Origin: Octopus vulgaris
Taxonomy: Eukaryota
DNA: 64,000 nt
Direction of reading: 5' to 3'
Assembly: GCA_951406725.2 (NCBI GenBank)
Contig: OX597828.1
Span: forward strand, 1,240,001-1,304,000
The position numbers were made by a program, and so were the translations under genes. Below the pieces are notes generated by a model. That model did no database searches. It was not told where the DNA came from and was given only the letters and a program-made list of their open reading frames with translations. Shown here piece by piece: positions 50,744 to 63,181 of the stretch (positions within the stretch are counted from its first letter, which is position 1; each line of letters begins with the position of its first letter).

Positions 50744-52011
50744 TGCTGGACAAAATAATGGAAACACCTTAAAAATCTCAAACAAATTAATTTTAATATG
50801 GGGTAAGATTGCCTTTGGCAGTAATTGCAGCTTGAATTCTACGAGGTATGGGCTTGTACTAAGTTTGGATTGGTTCCAAAGGAATTTTTGTCCATTCTTC
50901 AGTTAAAACAGTCTCCAGTTTTTGTAGTGATGTTGGTGGTGGATATCGACTCCTTATTTGTTTTTCTAAAATGCACCATAAATGTTCAATAATATTGAGA
51001 TCTGGGGACTGTGGTGGCCAGATAAGATGTTCAACTTCAGTAGAATGTTCCTTATGCCATTCAGTAAAAACTTTAGCTGTGTGAATTGGTGCATTATCAT
51101 CCTGAACGATTATGTTTCCCCCCGGAAACAGTTCCACAACCATAGGATGAATTTGATCAGGTAAAATGCTGAAATAGTCTTGACTGTTAATTCTGCCATG
51201 AATGGAAACCATTAGGCCAGCAGATTTCCAAGATATAGCCCCCTCCCCATCATCACAGATCCTCCTTCATGTTTAACAGTAGGAAGAAGGCAGTCTAGTT
51301 CAAATGTTTCTTTTGGCTGTCTCTACATGTATACTCGGCCAGTTGTCGGAAAGAAGTTAATGGATGACTTGTCTGAGAAAATAACATTCTTCCACTGCTC
51401 TAGGGACCAATTCTGTAGGTTTTTACTCCACTCTAAATGCTTTGCAACGTTTGTTTTTGAAAGTAGTGCCTTTCTAATTGCAGCTCTCCTATGAAATCCA
51501 AACTTTGTGCAGCTCCTGGTGAACAGTTTTTGTGGAAACTGGGTCCTCGAGGTGATCATTAAGCTCTGCAGTAATTTTGGGGGCTGTACTTTTGTGATCC
51601 CTTCTAACAATTAGCGTAAGAGTCCGATGGTCCCCATCTGAAAGTTCTGGATTTCTTTCAGAGTTTTGTTTCGACGAGGAGGTTTTTTCCTTCTTTCTCA
51701 AAGGCTGTCATTACTTTCTAGACAGTACTTTTTGATACACCAAACATTTCGACTATTTTTTGTTAAGCTAGCACCTGCCATATGAACACCAACAATTTGA
51801 TCTCTTTGAAAGTGTTATAGATCTGTCATTTTAATGAATTTTAATTACCTTTTTCTTCTGATACCTGAAAAGAATAAGCAATTTTAGCAAAACATATTAA
51901 GCAACACTAATAATAAATCAAAAAACATAAAAAATAAACAAGCTTTTGATGGTTTTATAGATATTTCAAAATTATGATGTTAGGTGCTTCCATTATTTAG
52001 TGCAGCCCCTG
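50740..52011 (-). mobile_element. Tc1-like element, DD36E spacing
   Basis: TIRs GCTGGACAAAATAATGGAAACACCT / AGGTGCTTCCATTATTTAGTGCAGC. Motifs WKNVIFSDKS and QDDNAPIH...WPPQSPDLNIIE, with 36 aa between D and E. Confidence 0.92.
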
Positions 52012-52017
52012 TATATA

Positions 52018-53534
52018 AACTGTGCATCACGCTTTATTGCACATCAAATTCTTGTTGATATTTTGAATATTACACATTATACAAGCAGGAAACTTGGTCC
52101 ATTGAAAGATCCTAGATATGTACGTACGCAGTGACATTTCAATCGTATTGATAAGCTACACACAAAGATATGTTGAGTTATATGTTTTGAAGTGCTTTCA
52201 ACTGTATCACGCTTTATTGCAGGTGTATGAAAATGTCCCTGAACGATGTCTGACAGCTACAGAAAAGATGCAGATTGTTGCAGGTCTCGCAGAAGGCTTA
52301 TCTGTAGAATTAGCCCATGAACTTGGTAGGGATACAGGAACATTGAAGGCGTATGTGGAAAGCCCCATCACCAAACCAAGGCAATATAAAAGTATAAGAA
52401 GTGTATCCCAGCTTGACATCCGAAAAATAGGTAGACAAGTACTGCCATATCTAAAACTGCTGTGGTTGCTCCTTTGTCCAGAAGCACCCAGTGTAGGATC
52501 CTTAAAGAGATGGCCAGAAGTATTAAGTGCATCGCTAGACCCCCTCCTACGCAAGAACCACAAAGAGAAGCATATTGATTGGGTATGGAGGTACATGAAG
52601 ATCAATTTCCAAGATGTCCTCTTCACGGATGGGGCCAGAACTACTCTGGATGGCTCGGACGGATGGGCCAAATTTGGGTGCCTCTTGGAGCCTCTCGCCC
52701 ACATCACATTTGGATCAAGGAGATGGTGGTGCCATGTTTTTGGTTGAGAATCATAGGAAATGAACTTCTCAGGCCTTTCCGAGTGCCAGAAGGTGTCAAA
52801 CTCACCAGCAACTCCTGCACCGCATTCATGGAGGAGCATTTTGCAGCATGGTTAGATGATCTGCTACTCTTGTCGATGGCGATTGATTTTTATGCATGAC
52901 AATGCTCCTTCACTTTTAACCACGGCTACAATTTCGTACCTCACAACTTTGGGAATCACAGGCCAATTACTCCTGGCTTGACCTCCATGTTCTCCTGACC
53001 TAAACCCTATCGAACAGCTCTGGTCAATCTTGAAGAAGAAAATGTATGAAGGAGGTACCCATCTTTCATCAAAGGATGCCCTGTGGGAAAAGATTAAAAC
53101 AGTTGCTGGTACCATAACATCTCAGATTAACCAGCTAACATCTGTGAACAAAAGACTGTTTGATGTCGTTTCTAAACAAGGAGGTTATGCAGACAAAGTT
53201 CAGCACCAACAATTTGTGTTTGTTTCATATCTTTTGCTGCCATTCTTTGGTAGCGTATTTCACTATTACAATAACATAGTAATATAATGATAATACTTTG
53301 TTTCATTACCTTAAATTGACATTTTCGTACACCAGCAATAAAGCATGACACAGTTGAAAACACCTCAAAATGCATAACTCAACATAACTTTGTATCTTAT
53401 CAATACGATTGAAATGGTCACTGCATACATACCTACCTAGCATTTTTCAGTGGACCAAGTTTCACATTTGTATAATGGTTAATATTCAAAATATCAACAA
53501 AAATTTGACCTGCAATAAAGCACGATACACAGTT
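52018..53534 (+). mobile_element. Tc1-like element, DD37E (TRT-like), long IR/DR TIRs
   Basis: ~220-bp TIRs 52018-52237/53318-53534, each with two ATCACGCTTTATTGCA-type repeats. Motifs VLFTDGARTTLDGSDGW and FMHDNAP...PPCSPDLNPIE, with 37 aa between D and E. Confidence 0.92.
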
Positions 53535-53824
53535 TATATATACATATGTATATACAATTGCAGCGTGGAAGGTGTTTATAAGCCATTTAAGAAACACACA
53601 AAAACCATTAGATTCACTTCAACATTTAAAAAGGTTGAAGTGAATTTAACGGTTTTTGTGTGTTTCTTAAATGGCTTCTAAACACCTTCCATGCTGCAAT
53701 TATTTTCGTTCCAGTACACGATCTCAGATCAGGTCACTTGCTCTGTAATATCATCATCATCATCATCATTTAACGTCCGCTTTCCATGCTAGCATGGGTT
53801 GGATGATTTGACTGAGGACTGGCG

Positions 53825-54140
53825 AAACAGATGGCCATCATGCTTCAGGACCAGTTACTGCAACAGCCTGGGTTTCAAGGGCCCACAGCTTTTAAATATT
53901 CTCCCAAAGAGTCTGAGGAACTTGCACAAAGTAGATGTAGGGGTTTTTAAATCAAAGCTGGACCTCTTCCTGTCGAGAGTCCCAGATGAACCTACCTCAT
54001 GGCAAGAGGTGCAAAAGAGGGTAGTTATATCAAACTCCATTCTTCACCAAGTAGCACGTATTAGAGGAGGCTGTTAGTAATAACAGTGTAGTACAAGACT
54101 GCGATGCATCAGCATGGCTGCAGCTCTGAGCTGAATCTAG
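53825..54140 (+). mobile_element. CR1-like LINE 3' end
   Basis: NSLGFKGPQLLNILPKSLRNL...FKSKLDLFLSRVPDEP. Confidence 0.75.
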
Positions 54141-54155
54141 GAAAATATCTATCTA

Positions 54156-54198
<43 letters not shown>

Positions 54199-54495
54199 GT
54201 TTATATATTTGTTTTGCAAGTTTTTTGATGTGAAGTCGTGTGTTGAAACAGATATAGTTGTATTTAGGAATGGTCATTTTGCCAGTTTAGCTAATAAAAA
54301 CACATGCACTATATATAAGAAAGAAGAAAGCAAAAGACCACTGATGCGGTGACAGGAGTGTGATGAAAGAACTCTGGCCGAAATAAGATTAAGATTAATG
54401 TAAAAAATAAATAACACTGAAGCAGAGTAACACCAAATATATAGTGCGTGTTTTTATTGGCTAAACTGGCAAAATGACCATTCCGAAATATAACA

Positions 54496-54500
<5 letters not shown>
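54199..54500. repeat. Foldback element family B (second copy 61388-61625)
   Basis: ~54250-54316 is inverse to ~54437-54498. Shares GGAATGGTCATTTTGCCAGTTTAGC with 61388-61625. Embedded in (TA)n. Confidence 0.8.
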
Positions 54501-54544
<44 letters not shown>

Positions 54545-54624
54545 ACATATATGTATACTTATACATATATATATGGTATATATATGTTTATATATGTGTG
54601 TGTATATACATGTATATATATGTA

Positions 54625-54672
<48 letters not shown>

Positions 54673-54736
54673 ACATATATGTATACTTATACATATATAT
54701 ATGGTATATATATGTTTATATATGTGTGTGTGTATA

Positions 54737-54786
<50 letters not shown>

Positions 54787-55192
54787 GGTCCCGGGTTGAG
54801 TCGGGGTTAACCACAGTAAATAAGGTACTCAATACATAGCAGAGTAAATTAATTTATTTTATAGAAGGAGCTTCTACAGGACTAGAACTGTTTCCTGATG
54901 ATTTCTTTTGAATGAAACAGTTCTAGTCCTGTAGAAGCTCCTTCTATAAAATAAATATATATATATATATATATGTACATATATGTATACTTATACATAT
55001 ATATATGGTATATATATGTTTATATATGCATGTGTATATATATATGTATATATTTATATATGCATGTGTATATATATATGTGTATATATATGGTATATGT
55101 ATATATATATATGTGTATATATATATGTATATATATATATATATGTGTATATATATGGTATATATATATGTATATATATATGTATATATATA

Positions 55193-55241
<49 letters not shown>

Positions 55242-55288
55242 ATATATATATATATGGTATATATATGGTATATATTTATGTGTGTATA

Positions 55289-55331
<43 letters not shown>

Positions 55332-55693
55332 TATGTATATATGGTATATATATATGTATATATGGTATGTATATATGGTATATATATGTATATATGGTAT
55401 GTATATATGTATATATGGTATATATATATATATATTTATATGTATATATGGTATATATATATATTTATATGTATATATGGTATATATATATATGGTATGT
55501 ATATATGGTATATATATATATATGTATATATGGTATATATATATATATATATTTATATGTATATATGGTATATATATATATATTTATATGTATATATGGT
55601 ATATATATATGTATATATATGGTATATATATATATATATATATATATATGGTGTATATGTATATATAGTGTATATATATGTATGTATATATAT

Positions 55694-55746
<53 letters not shown>

Positions 55747-55757
55747 TATATATATAT
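54500..55757. repeat. Long compound (TA)n/(TATGG/TATG) microsatellite
   Basis: Visible directly. Higher-order block TGTACATATATGTATACTTATACATATATATATGGTATATATATGTTTATATATG recurs at ~54542, 54670 and 54974. Confidence 0.95.
54852..54956 (+). repeat. Perfect 43-bp hairpin whose loop and right arm are a hammerhead core
   Basis: 54852-54894 is inverse to 54914-54956. 54895-54928 reads CUGAUGA-uUUC-uuuu-GAAu-GAAAC-AGUUCUA-GUC. Confidence 0.8.
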
Positions 55758-57845
55758 CTATAAAATAATATGTTACATTACTCAATAGTCAAGATAAAAC
55801 TCTGAGTTTCAGATGCCGAAGTGGAAATCCACAACACCATCTCTTCAGTTATCTGGCTATCTGAAAAACGCTATGAAAAAATACCGTTATATAAAGGGAA
55901 ATGCCTCTATCTCTAAAGAACTGCTAGATAAAGCCCTTGTCTTCGCTAGTGATTTCATAGAAATCAGTACAAATGATAAGGACATAATCTTCCATGCTAG
56001 AAAGACCTTACTTTTCAGTGAGAACGCAAAGTGGGTCAAAAATACCGACACAGAGGGTGTTTTCGATGTGAGCATGGGGTCATATGATGCAGCAGGCATT
56101 TGCGATCTTATTGGATTTTTTCTCCTAGATACTTTAGGTAAGACATTTCCTGACGTATATTTCGCCATCTACAAAGATGATGCCCTCGCTTTAACCGCTA
56201 ATACAAATGGACCAGCACAGGATCGTTTTAGGAAGGATATTATCCAATTAATGGAGCTTGCATGTCCGAGACCATCATCTATGAAGCTACCGTAGACTCT
56301 ATAACCACTAAAGACACCGTTTCGGCGAAGAAATACGTGTGCCTTACAGAGGGTAATTTCAAGGCCAGGTTCAATAACCACACCTTGAGTTTTAGGCACT
56401 GGAACAAAAGAAAAACGACACAATTATCTAATCATATTTGGTCTTTAAAAGATAAAGGTGTTGAATATAACATACATTGGAAGATTTTGGCCAAATGTAA
56501 GCCCTATACCAACGGCAGCGGTAGGTGCGGTCTATGCGACATGGAGAGATGGGTTATCTGGAAAAGCAGCTTAGACCCTACTACATGTCTAAACTCAAGG
56601 ATAGAACTTTTCGGATCATGCCCACATGTGACTAAATTTTTGTTACGTTTTTGGTCCCCTAAAGAAAACAGATAGAACATGCTTTCTATGTTATGTCCCA
56701 AAAAGTTTTTTATCTCATTATACCTTTTATCATATATTTTTTCATATTTTTATATTTTCGCACATAATAATTTTTTCTGTACTTTTCTATCCTGCATTTT
56801 TTCCTGTGCCTATATAGACATGTATATAGATTCATTTATACACGTGTGTGAATATGTATGAGTGGGCAGTTTTTTAGATGTGTGCGTGTGTGCGGACATA
56901 AGAATGCTCATATATATATATATATATATAGACGTTTTTACTTAGTATTTAAAAAAAAAAATTTGGTGGGGAGGGACATATGTATATTCAATTTTTGTAT
57001 ATGCGTGTGTATGTATGCGTATATAAATATGTGCTGGTATGTACATATATGGGCGTGTGTGTGTATGAGTGCATAGGGGCTTATCCGTATATGTACGTGG
57101 TTTTTATGCTTTGTATACTTCCTTATTATATATATATTTTTTCTGCTATCTTTAACCATGGTTTTTCTTGTGTTTGTGCGTATATAGACGTATGTATGAA
57201 CTTTTACGGTACGCATGTGTGTGTGTATGAGGTTTATATATATGCGTATATATTTGGCGAAAAATGCGAGTGAAGATGTGTACGTTTTCATAGTGACGTA
57301 TAAGTATACACGTGGGTCGCGAGCAGAATTATAATACAGTAATTTCCCTTTATATAACAGTATTTTTTCATAGCGTTTTTCAGATAGCCAGATAACCGAA
57401 GAGATGGTGTTGTGGATTTCCACTTCGGCATCTGAAACTCAGAGTTTTATCTTGACTATTGAGTAATGTAACGTATTATTTTATAGATAAATTTCCTCTA
57501 TTTACATAATATTGAGGTCTCTTTCTTTCTTTCTTTTGTTATCTTACCGTTTTTACCAATAAATTACCTCCCAGACGATGCTATTCTTCACTAAGAGCTA
57601 ATACAGCTTTTTTGGATTATAACCGAACATCGGTTGAGGACTCTTACACACAGAAGAATTTAATATGGATGCATATTACATAGATTATTCTATGAAAAAT
57701 ATACCTATCCCATCAAGGGAACTTTATTCAAAGAAACTTTTAGAGAAAATTACTGATCTAATTAAGCGCATGAGATGGAAAGCTTTCTTTTTTGATACAG
57801 AAGTGGACACCATGGAAAATACTTTCTATCGTATAAAATGTAAAA
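55757..57845 (+). mobile_element. Penelope-like element (Hydra-clade-like) with inverted pLTR and start of a tandem copy
   Basis: RT FDVSMGSYDAAGICDLIG...IYKDDAL. GIY-YIG IIYEATV...YVCLTEGNFKARFNNH...CGLC. Inverted repeat 55757-55902/57342-57487. N-terminus YSMKNIPIPS...IKRMRWKAFFF restarts at 57665. Confidence 0.9.
57390..57452 (+). ncRNA. Type I hammerhead-like motif in PLE pLTR (mirror copy 55792-55854, minus strand)
   Basis: AGAUAA-CCGAAGA (CUGAAGA in the mirror copy)-GAUG...CAUCu-GAAAC-UCAGA-GUU-UUAUCU. 6-bp stem I. Confidence 0.65.
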
Positions 57846-58320
57846 AATGGTGGAGTTGCTGTATACATCCGTGATGATCTCCCACCCCAGGTATTGCTGT
57901 CATACTCAAATTCGGTATGTGACACTTTAATTGTATGCATAAGACTACATAATATAGTCATATGCAATACATATTGCCCACCGGATGCTCCAAACCACAT
58001 TGGCAAGTTTGAAGATTGCCTCACAAGAATTAAGGAAATCCTCATGAATCTGGAACACCATGTGACCACATTCCTTATGGGTGATTTCAGCTTCCCCAAC
58101 GTCAAATGGCCTGAAGGTCTCATACTCTCAGGAACGACTCATTGCAAGCAAGCACAGGTGGAGTCCCTGCTCAACCTCACTAATGCCTTATTCATGGAGC
58201 AAGCTGTACTCAGACCAACTAGGGTGAAAAACATTCTGGATCTCTGTTTCACGAACAATATGGACATCATTCATGATGTGAAAGTGACACTGACATTAGT
58301 CTCGGATCACAACATAACAG
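57846..58320 (+). mobile_element. LINE APE endonuclease fragment (CR1-like)
   Basis: GGVAVYI...NTYCPPD...LMGDFSFPNVKW...ILDLCFTNN...SDHN. Confidence 0.88.
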
Positions 58321-59049
58321 AGAGAAGGAAAGAATGTAAGAGAATGGAGAAAGAAGATTAGTTAAAAATAGCAAAAAGTAACAAAATAATAAAAAATAAT
58401 GTAAAAATGAACAATAAAACCCTGAAGATATGAAGAAAGGGAATAAAGAAAAAGAAAAAAGAAAAAACAAAGATATAGAACAGTCAGTGGTCAGTGGAGA
58501 TAATTTGAGAGTAGGAGTGGGGATAGAGAGAGAAAGGCATTATAGTGTAAATGATAGTGAAATGGGGGGGGGGGGGTTAAAGGGTAGAGGGAAGACCAAT
58601 GTGTAGTAGTAGCTTCGAATTGTGATGCAAAGATATGAAGGATTCAGGAAATAGCAGTTCAGTGGTCTGAGAAAATATATATGTGAAGATGTATATACAT
58701 GTATATATCAGATAAGTTACATATACAATCCTTATTCGCATGTGTATGCCCTCATACATGCTTATATGCTCATCTGCGTGTATCATTGCCCCTGCATATA
58801 CAGGTATATATACCTTGCATGTGTATAAATGTTTACACATACCCACATGTATGCATACATGCATACCCTCACTCGTATGTATACATGTGCGCATGGGTGT
58901 GTACGTGTATAGAGGTAAACGAATATAATCAGATGGTTGCATATGTGAGAAACTAGATAGGGGCTATGAGTTAGGGTGTAAATTTATGGGTTAATGGGAT
59001 TACCTAATTATTTCGGAAATGTACAGCATGGTCATTTTGACATTTGGAT

Positions 59050-60507
59050 TTGTGATAGAATTTAAATGTGTGATAAAAGCGGTGGTTATGTTTATCGTTA
59101 TGTTTATCAAGCAGTGTTGGAGGGTTTTGCTTTAATATTTAGAGTGTCTCCTTTGGGCAAAGCTTGCAGATTGAGCATTGACCTTGGTAGGGAAGTCCTG
59201 AGTCTAGTATGGACCATGATAGAGTATAAGGTACATTTGCATTTTTGAGATGCTGTATGTGGTTGGCGAGTGTTGTAGATTTAACATACTGCAAGCTCAC
59301 TGGTTAGATAATAAAAAAATAAGTAAATGAAAAAATTAGATTTCCTATATTCAGTTGAGTGGCTAGTGGCTGGAATGGTATCCAGCTGTTAAAAGATGTA
59401 ATAAAGCTTCCCACTCATACAGCATTGAGAATTGAATTCAAGTTGGTGTTGAAGATAACAGGGTAATGAAATGGTATGAGTCATCGAAAATACGTTTAGT
59501 TTGTACCTGTGCATGTATGAAATTACACACACACACACACACTGTGTATATATTTTGTATAAGTATATACATATATGTATGTATTTTGTATATGTATGTT
59601 TATGTGCATGTGTGTGCATATATATAGATATATAGTTGGAATTTACAGAAAAAAGATGTTCTGGTATTTGCTGAATTTTCTCTGGAGAACATTTTTTCTT
59701 TGTAGTTAGATCGCATGTGATATTCTAGTGTATGGTTATCCACCTAGTGGTTTATCCCTAAATATACATATGTATTGAAATTTTTTTTGATTTTTAAGAT
59801 TTTTTATATATGCTAGGCTACTGGTTTTAAATTGATATTAAATTAATATTCAATTTATCTCCCTCATTATTTGAATTTATATATATATATATATATATAT
59901 GAAGGCACGTGGCTCAGTGGTTAGAGCGTCAAGCTTACGATCGTGAGGTTGTGAGCTCGAATCCCAGACCGGGCTGCGTGTTGTGTTCTTGAGCAAGACA
60001 CTTTATTTCACATTGCTCCAATTCACCCAGCTGTTGAAATGAGTTGCGACGTCACAGGTGCCAAGCTGTATCGGCCCTTGCCTTTCTCTTGGACAACATC
60101 GGTGACGTGGAGAGGGGAGGCCGGTATGCATGGGCGACTGCTGGTCTTCCATAAAACAACCTTGCCCAGACTTGTGCCTCAGAGGGTAACTCTCTAGGTG
60201 CAAACCCATGGTCTGTGTCTGACCAAAGGGGGTCACCATCACCATATCGTAACTAAAGGAGTGGAGATGAGTGGCATATTGTTGCTTAAAATTTTTTGTT
60301 CATCCTATGTATATGGCTGTAAAGTTGTGCAATTGGTTAAGGACTGTGCATTTGTAGATTACATTATATCTTCTGCAATCGGTTTGTAGCGGGCAGTTGA
60401 TTCCAGGACGGCAATTACAATTAGGTGAATTTTGAGGACCGTGTTTGGTAACTGAGGAGGTAGTATCATCAGAAGAGAGGCTATAGAAGGCGGGGAATTA
60501 TATATTA

Positions 60508-60553
<46 letters not shown>

Positions 60554-60800
60554 TATCATCATTACAAACGTTATCATTACTACTATTGTTACTGCTACTT
60601 CTGCTAATTGTCGGGGCATTAGAGATTGTGGTGGTGTTCCGGGCATTGTCAGTAGAATGGGTTGGGATGCAGTTATGACCAAGCGTAATGGTATCTATGC
60701 TAGATATGTATGTGTGTTGATTATTTGTATTAGTAGAGTTGTAGTTATGTGAGTTTTGATAGTAAAGAGAGAGCATTTGCTTATTCAATGATGCTACCTA
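59050..60800 (-). mobile_element. Penelope-like GIY-YIG remnant split by a ~960-bp insertion
   Basis: Minus strand CNCRPGINCPLQTDCRRYNVIYKC...YIG*TKNFKQQYATHLHSFSY (~60246-60425) resumes as VKSTTLANHIQHLK...YTLSWSIL...CKLC (~59150-59285). Confidence 0.85.
59283..60245 (+). repeat. Near-identical direct duplicate of 31161-32137
   Basis: Same sequence from AACATACTGCAAGCTCACTGG through the SINE end GGTCACCAT. About ten substitutions or homopolymer differences by eye. Confidence 0.95.
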
Positions 60801-61345
60801 TCTTCTGATGATACTACCTCCTCTGTTACCGAACAAGGATGGGTCATTTGAAGTTTTCTTTCTTCAGTGAAGCACCAGATTATCCTTGCAATTTTGGCTG
60901 ATTATTCTTGAGATTGCTCCAATCTGGCCAGCCCAAGGAAAAACTGAGCTAATTGCATTAGAAAGCAGTGAATGTATACAAAAACAAGGACAGAAAAAAC
61001 AGACAATGAGCCTTACGCCATTGATACAAAAATTTCACAAACACATGGAAGAATATCGATGTTGCACAGACAAAGGTCAGATCAAGAAAGAAAGAACAGG
61101 CTTGGCTGAACACTGGTCACGTGGGAAGAGAAGAGAGAGAAGTAGAAGCAGAGGGACAGAAGAATTAAGGAGGGGTGAGAAAAATGACAGGAAAACAGTG
61201 AAGGGAAAGTGAGTAAAAAGAGAAGGCAAAGAGGGAGAACGAAAGAAACGAATAAGCGTGAAAGGGTGGATAGACAGAAATAGTCATACAAGATTTAGAA
61301 AAATGTGTACTTACATATAAGAGACCAAAGTGTATGTACCTCGCT

Positions 61346-61387
<42 letters not shown>

Positions 61388-61560
61388 GTTTATATATTTG
61401 TTTTGCAAGATTTTTGATGTGAAATCGCGTGTTGAAACAGATATTGTTGTATTTAGGAATGGTCATTTTCCCAGTTTAGCCAATAAAAACACGCACTATA
61501 TATTTGGTGTTACTTTGCTTCAGCGTTATTTATTTTTTACATTAATCTTAATCTTATTTC

Positions 61561-61605
61561 GGCCAGAGTTCTTTCGTCACACTCCTGTGACCGCATCAGT
61601 GGTCC
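61561..61605 (-). ncRNA. Variant hammerhead-like motif (family B)
   Basis: GGACCA-CUGAUGCG-GUCACA-ggag-UGUGAC-GAAA-GAACUC-UGGCC. A degenerate + strand copy lies at 54336-54379. Confidence 0.5.
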
Positions 61606-62189
61606 TTTGCTTTCTTCTTTCTTATTTGTGTGTCTCTCCTTACTAACGGTTAGTAAGTAATGATTGTGTGTACTTGTATATATCTATAAATAAGGTTATA
61701 TGTGTATCTAAGACGTATCCTGTCACCGTGAGATGGTGGTGAGAGGGACAAACGCGCACATACACACACACGTGTATGTGTGTCTATATACATGTGTGTG
61801 TGTGTATACAACCTTCAACAGAGTAACAGTCATGTATACAACTTGAACAGACATATCAATACATAAACATACGTTCACATGTATGTACACACTTAACCTA
61901 AGTACTCACGTACATACATAAGTACATACGTAGATACAGGCATGCACACATGCATACACATGTACACAAATGCATACTCACATACACACACACACACATA
62001 TATACGTACATATATATCATGAACTAACTGTTACTTTCTCAGATGCAGCATGGAATTTTGTCAGTGAACTGGTCGCGGTCCCAAAGCGACAAAAATATTT
62101 TGATAAATTAAATTTAAATGTTGAAGTGAATCTAACGTCTTTTGTGTATTTCTTAAATGGCTTATAAACACCTTCCTCTCTGCAATTGT

Positions 62190-62224
<35 letters not shown>

Positions 62225-62729
62225 ATGTGTGTGTGAGACTTAGCATTGCCGGGTCTAGTGCTAATGCTTGTTGTTCATTTCCAGTGTTTCAATAAAAAGT
62301 TCTTACTTAATCAAGGTAGTGCAGAAACACTGTATAACTCGTGAGTTCTAGCCTTGAATTGTCTTAGATACCAGTGTGCTTCTGTTTGGTTAGCTCTAAA
62401 ATGGGGTAAGAACGAAACTCAGGCTTTTTACAGATAAAGATTGCTCCATTTTGTGCTAAATCCTCTTCTTTGTTTTGGGAAATTATGTTCGCCTTTCCAT
62501 TGCATATGTTTTTTAACATGTTTGACTGAGCCTCTGCAGATTCTGAGCACAGTGAAGCTTTACTGTAGCATTGTAAATTTATCGACTGCTATTTCCAGTA
62601 AACATTGGTGCCTTGTTGTATCACTACTCTATAGCCCTACCTTTACGTTGCTTTATTTTACTGGAAAGTAATACATTTGTTTTGTAATATTTAATTCTTC
62701 ATTGAAAAATATATTATGTGTGTGTGTAA

Positions 62730-62778
<49 letters not shown>

Positions 62779-63181
62779 AATTGAGATAGGGGTTGTAAAT
62801 GCAACCCTCTATGGGATAACGTATATCCAATATACTGCTAGTGAAGTACCCAACAAAGTTAATACATAAATGTTAATGATTGCGATGCAATCAATTCATT
62901 TACTGTATTATATGGGCAAAGGTAAAATGATTTACCACAAATTACTAATACAAGATAAGAAAATGGAGAAATACATCTAAATCAAATATCAATTACCAGA
63001 TAATACTCAATCACATACTTTATTAAACCACCACATAAGAGACTATAGGGTTAAATATAAAAAGCAGAACAAATCAGTGTACATAAAGGAATGTACATAA
63101 AAGAGTAATGTTGTATAATAAGTAGAATATATATAGAAGAGAATATAAATACAAGTAAATATAAATATAAGTATAAATTAG

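Noticed and set aside
54973-55785. Long Y/I/M/C/V-rich ORFs (also ~37480-37932, 39406-39714, 43300-44129, 47195-47776)
   Set aside because: These are translations of (TA)n, (CA)n, (CATA)n and (TAGA)n microsatellites that lack stops by composition.
60886-61212. 108-aa + strand ORF as a downstream Myb exon
   Set aside because: It has no Myb-like motif and a purine-rich low-complexity tail, lies among repeats, and shows no convincing phase-1 splice pair.
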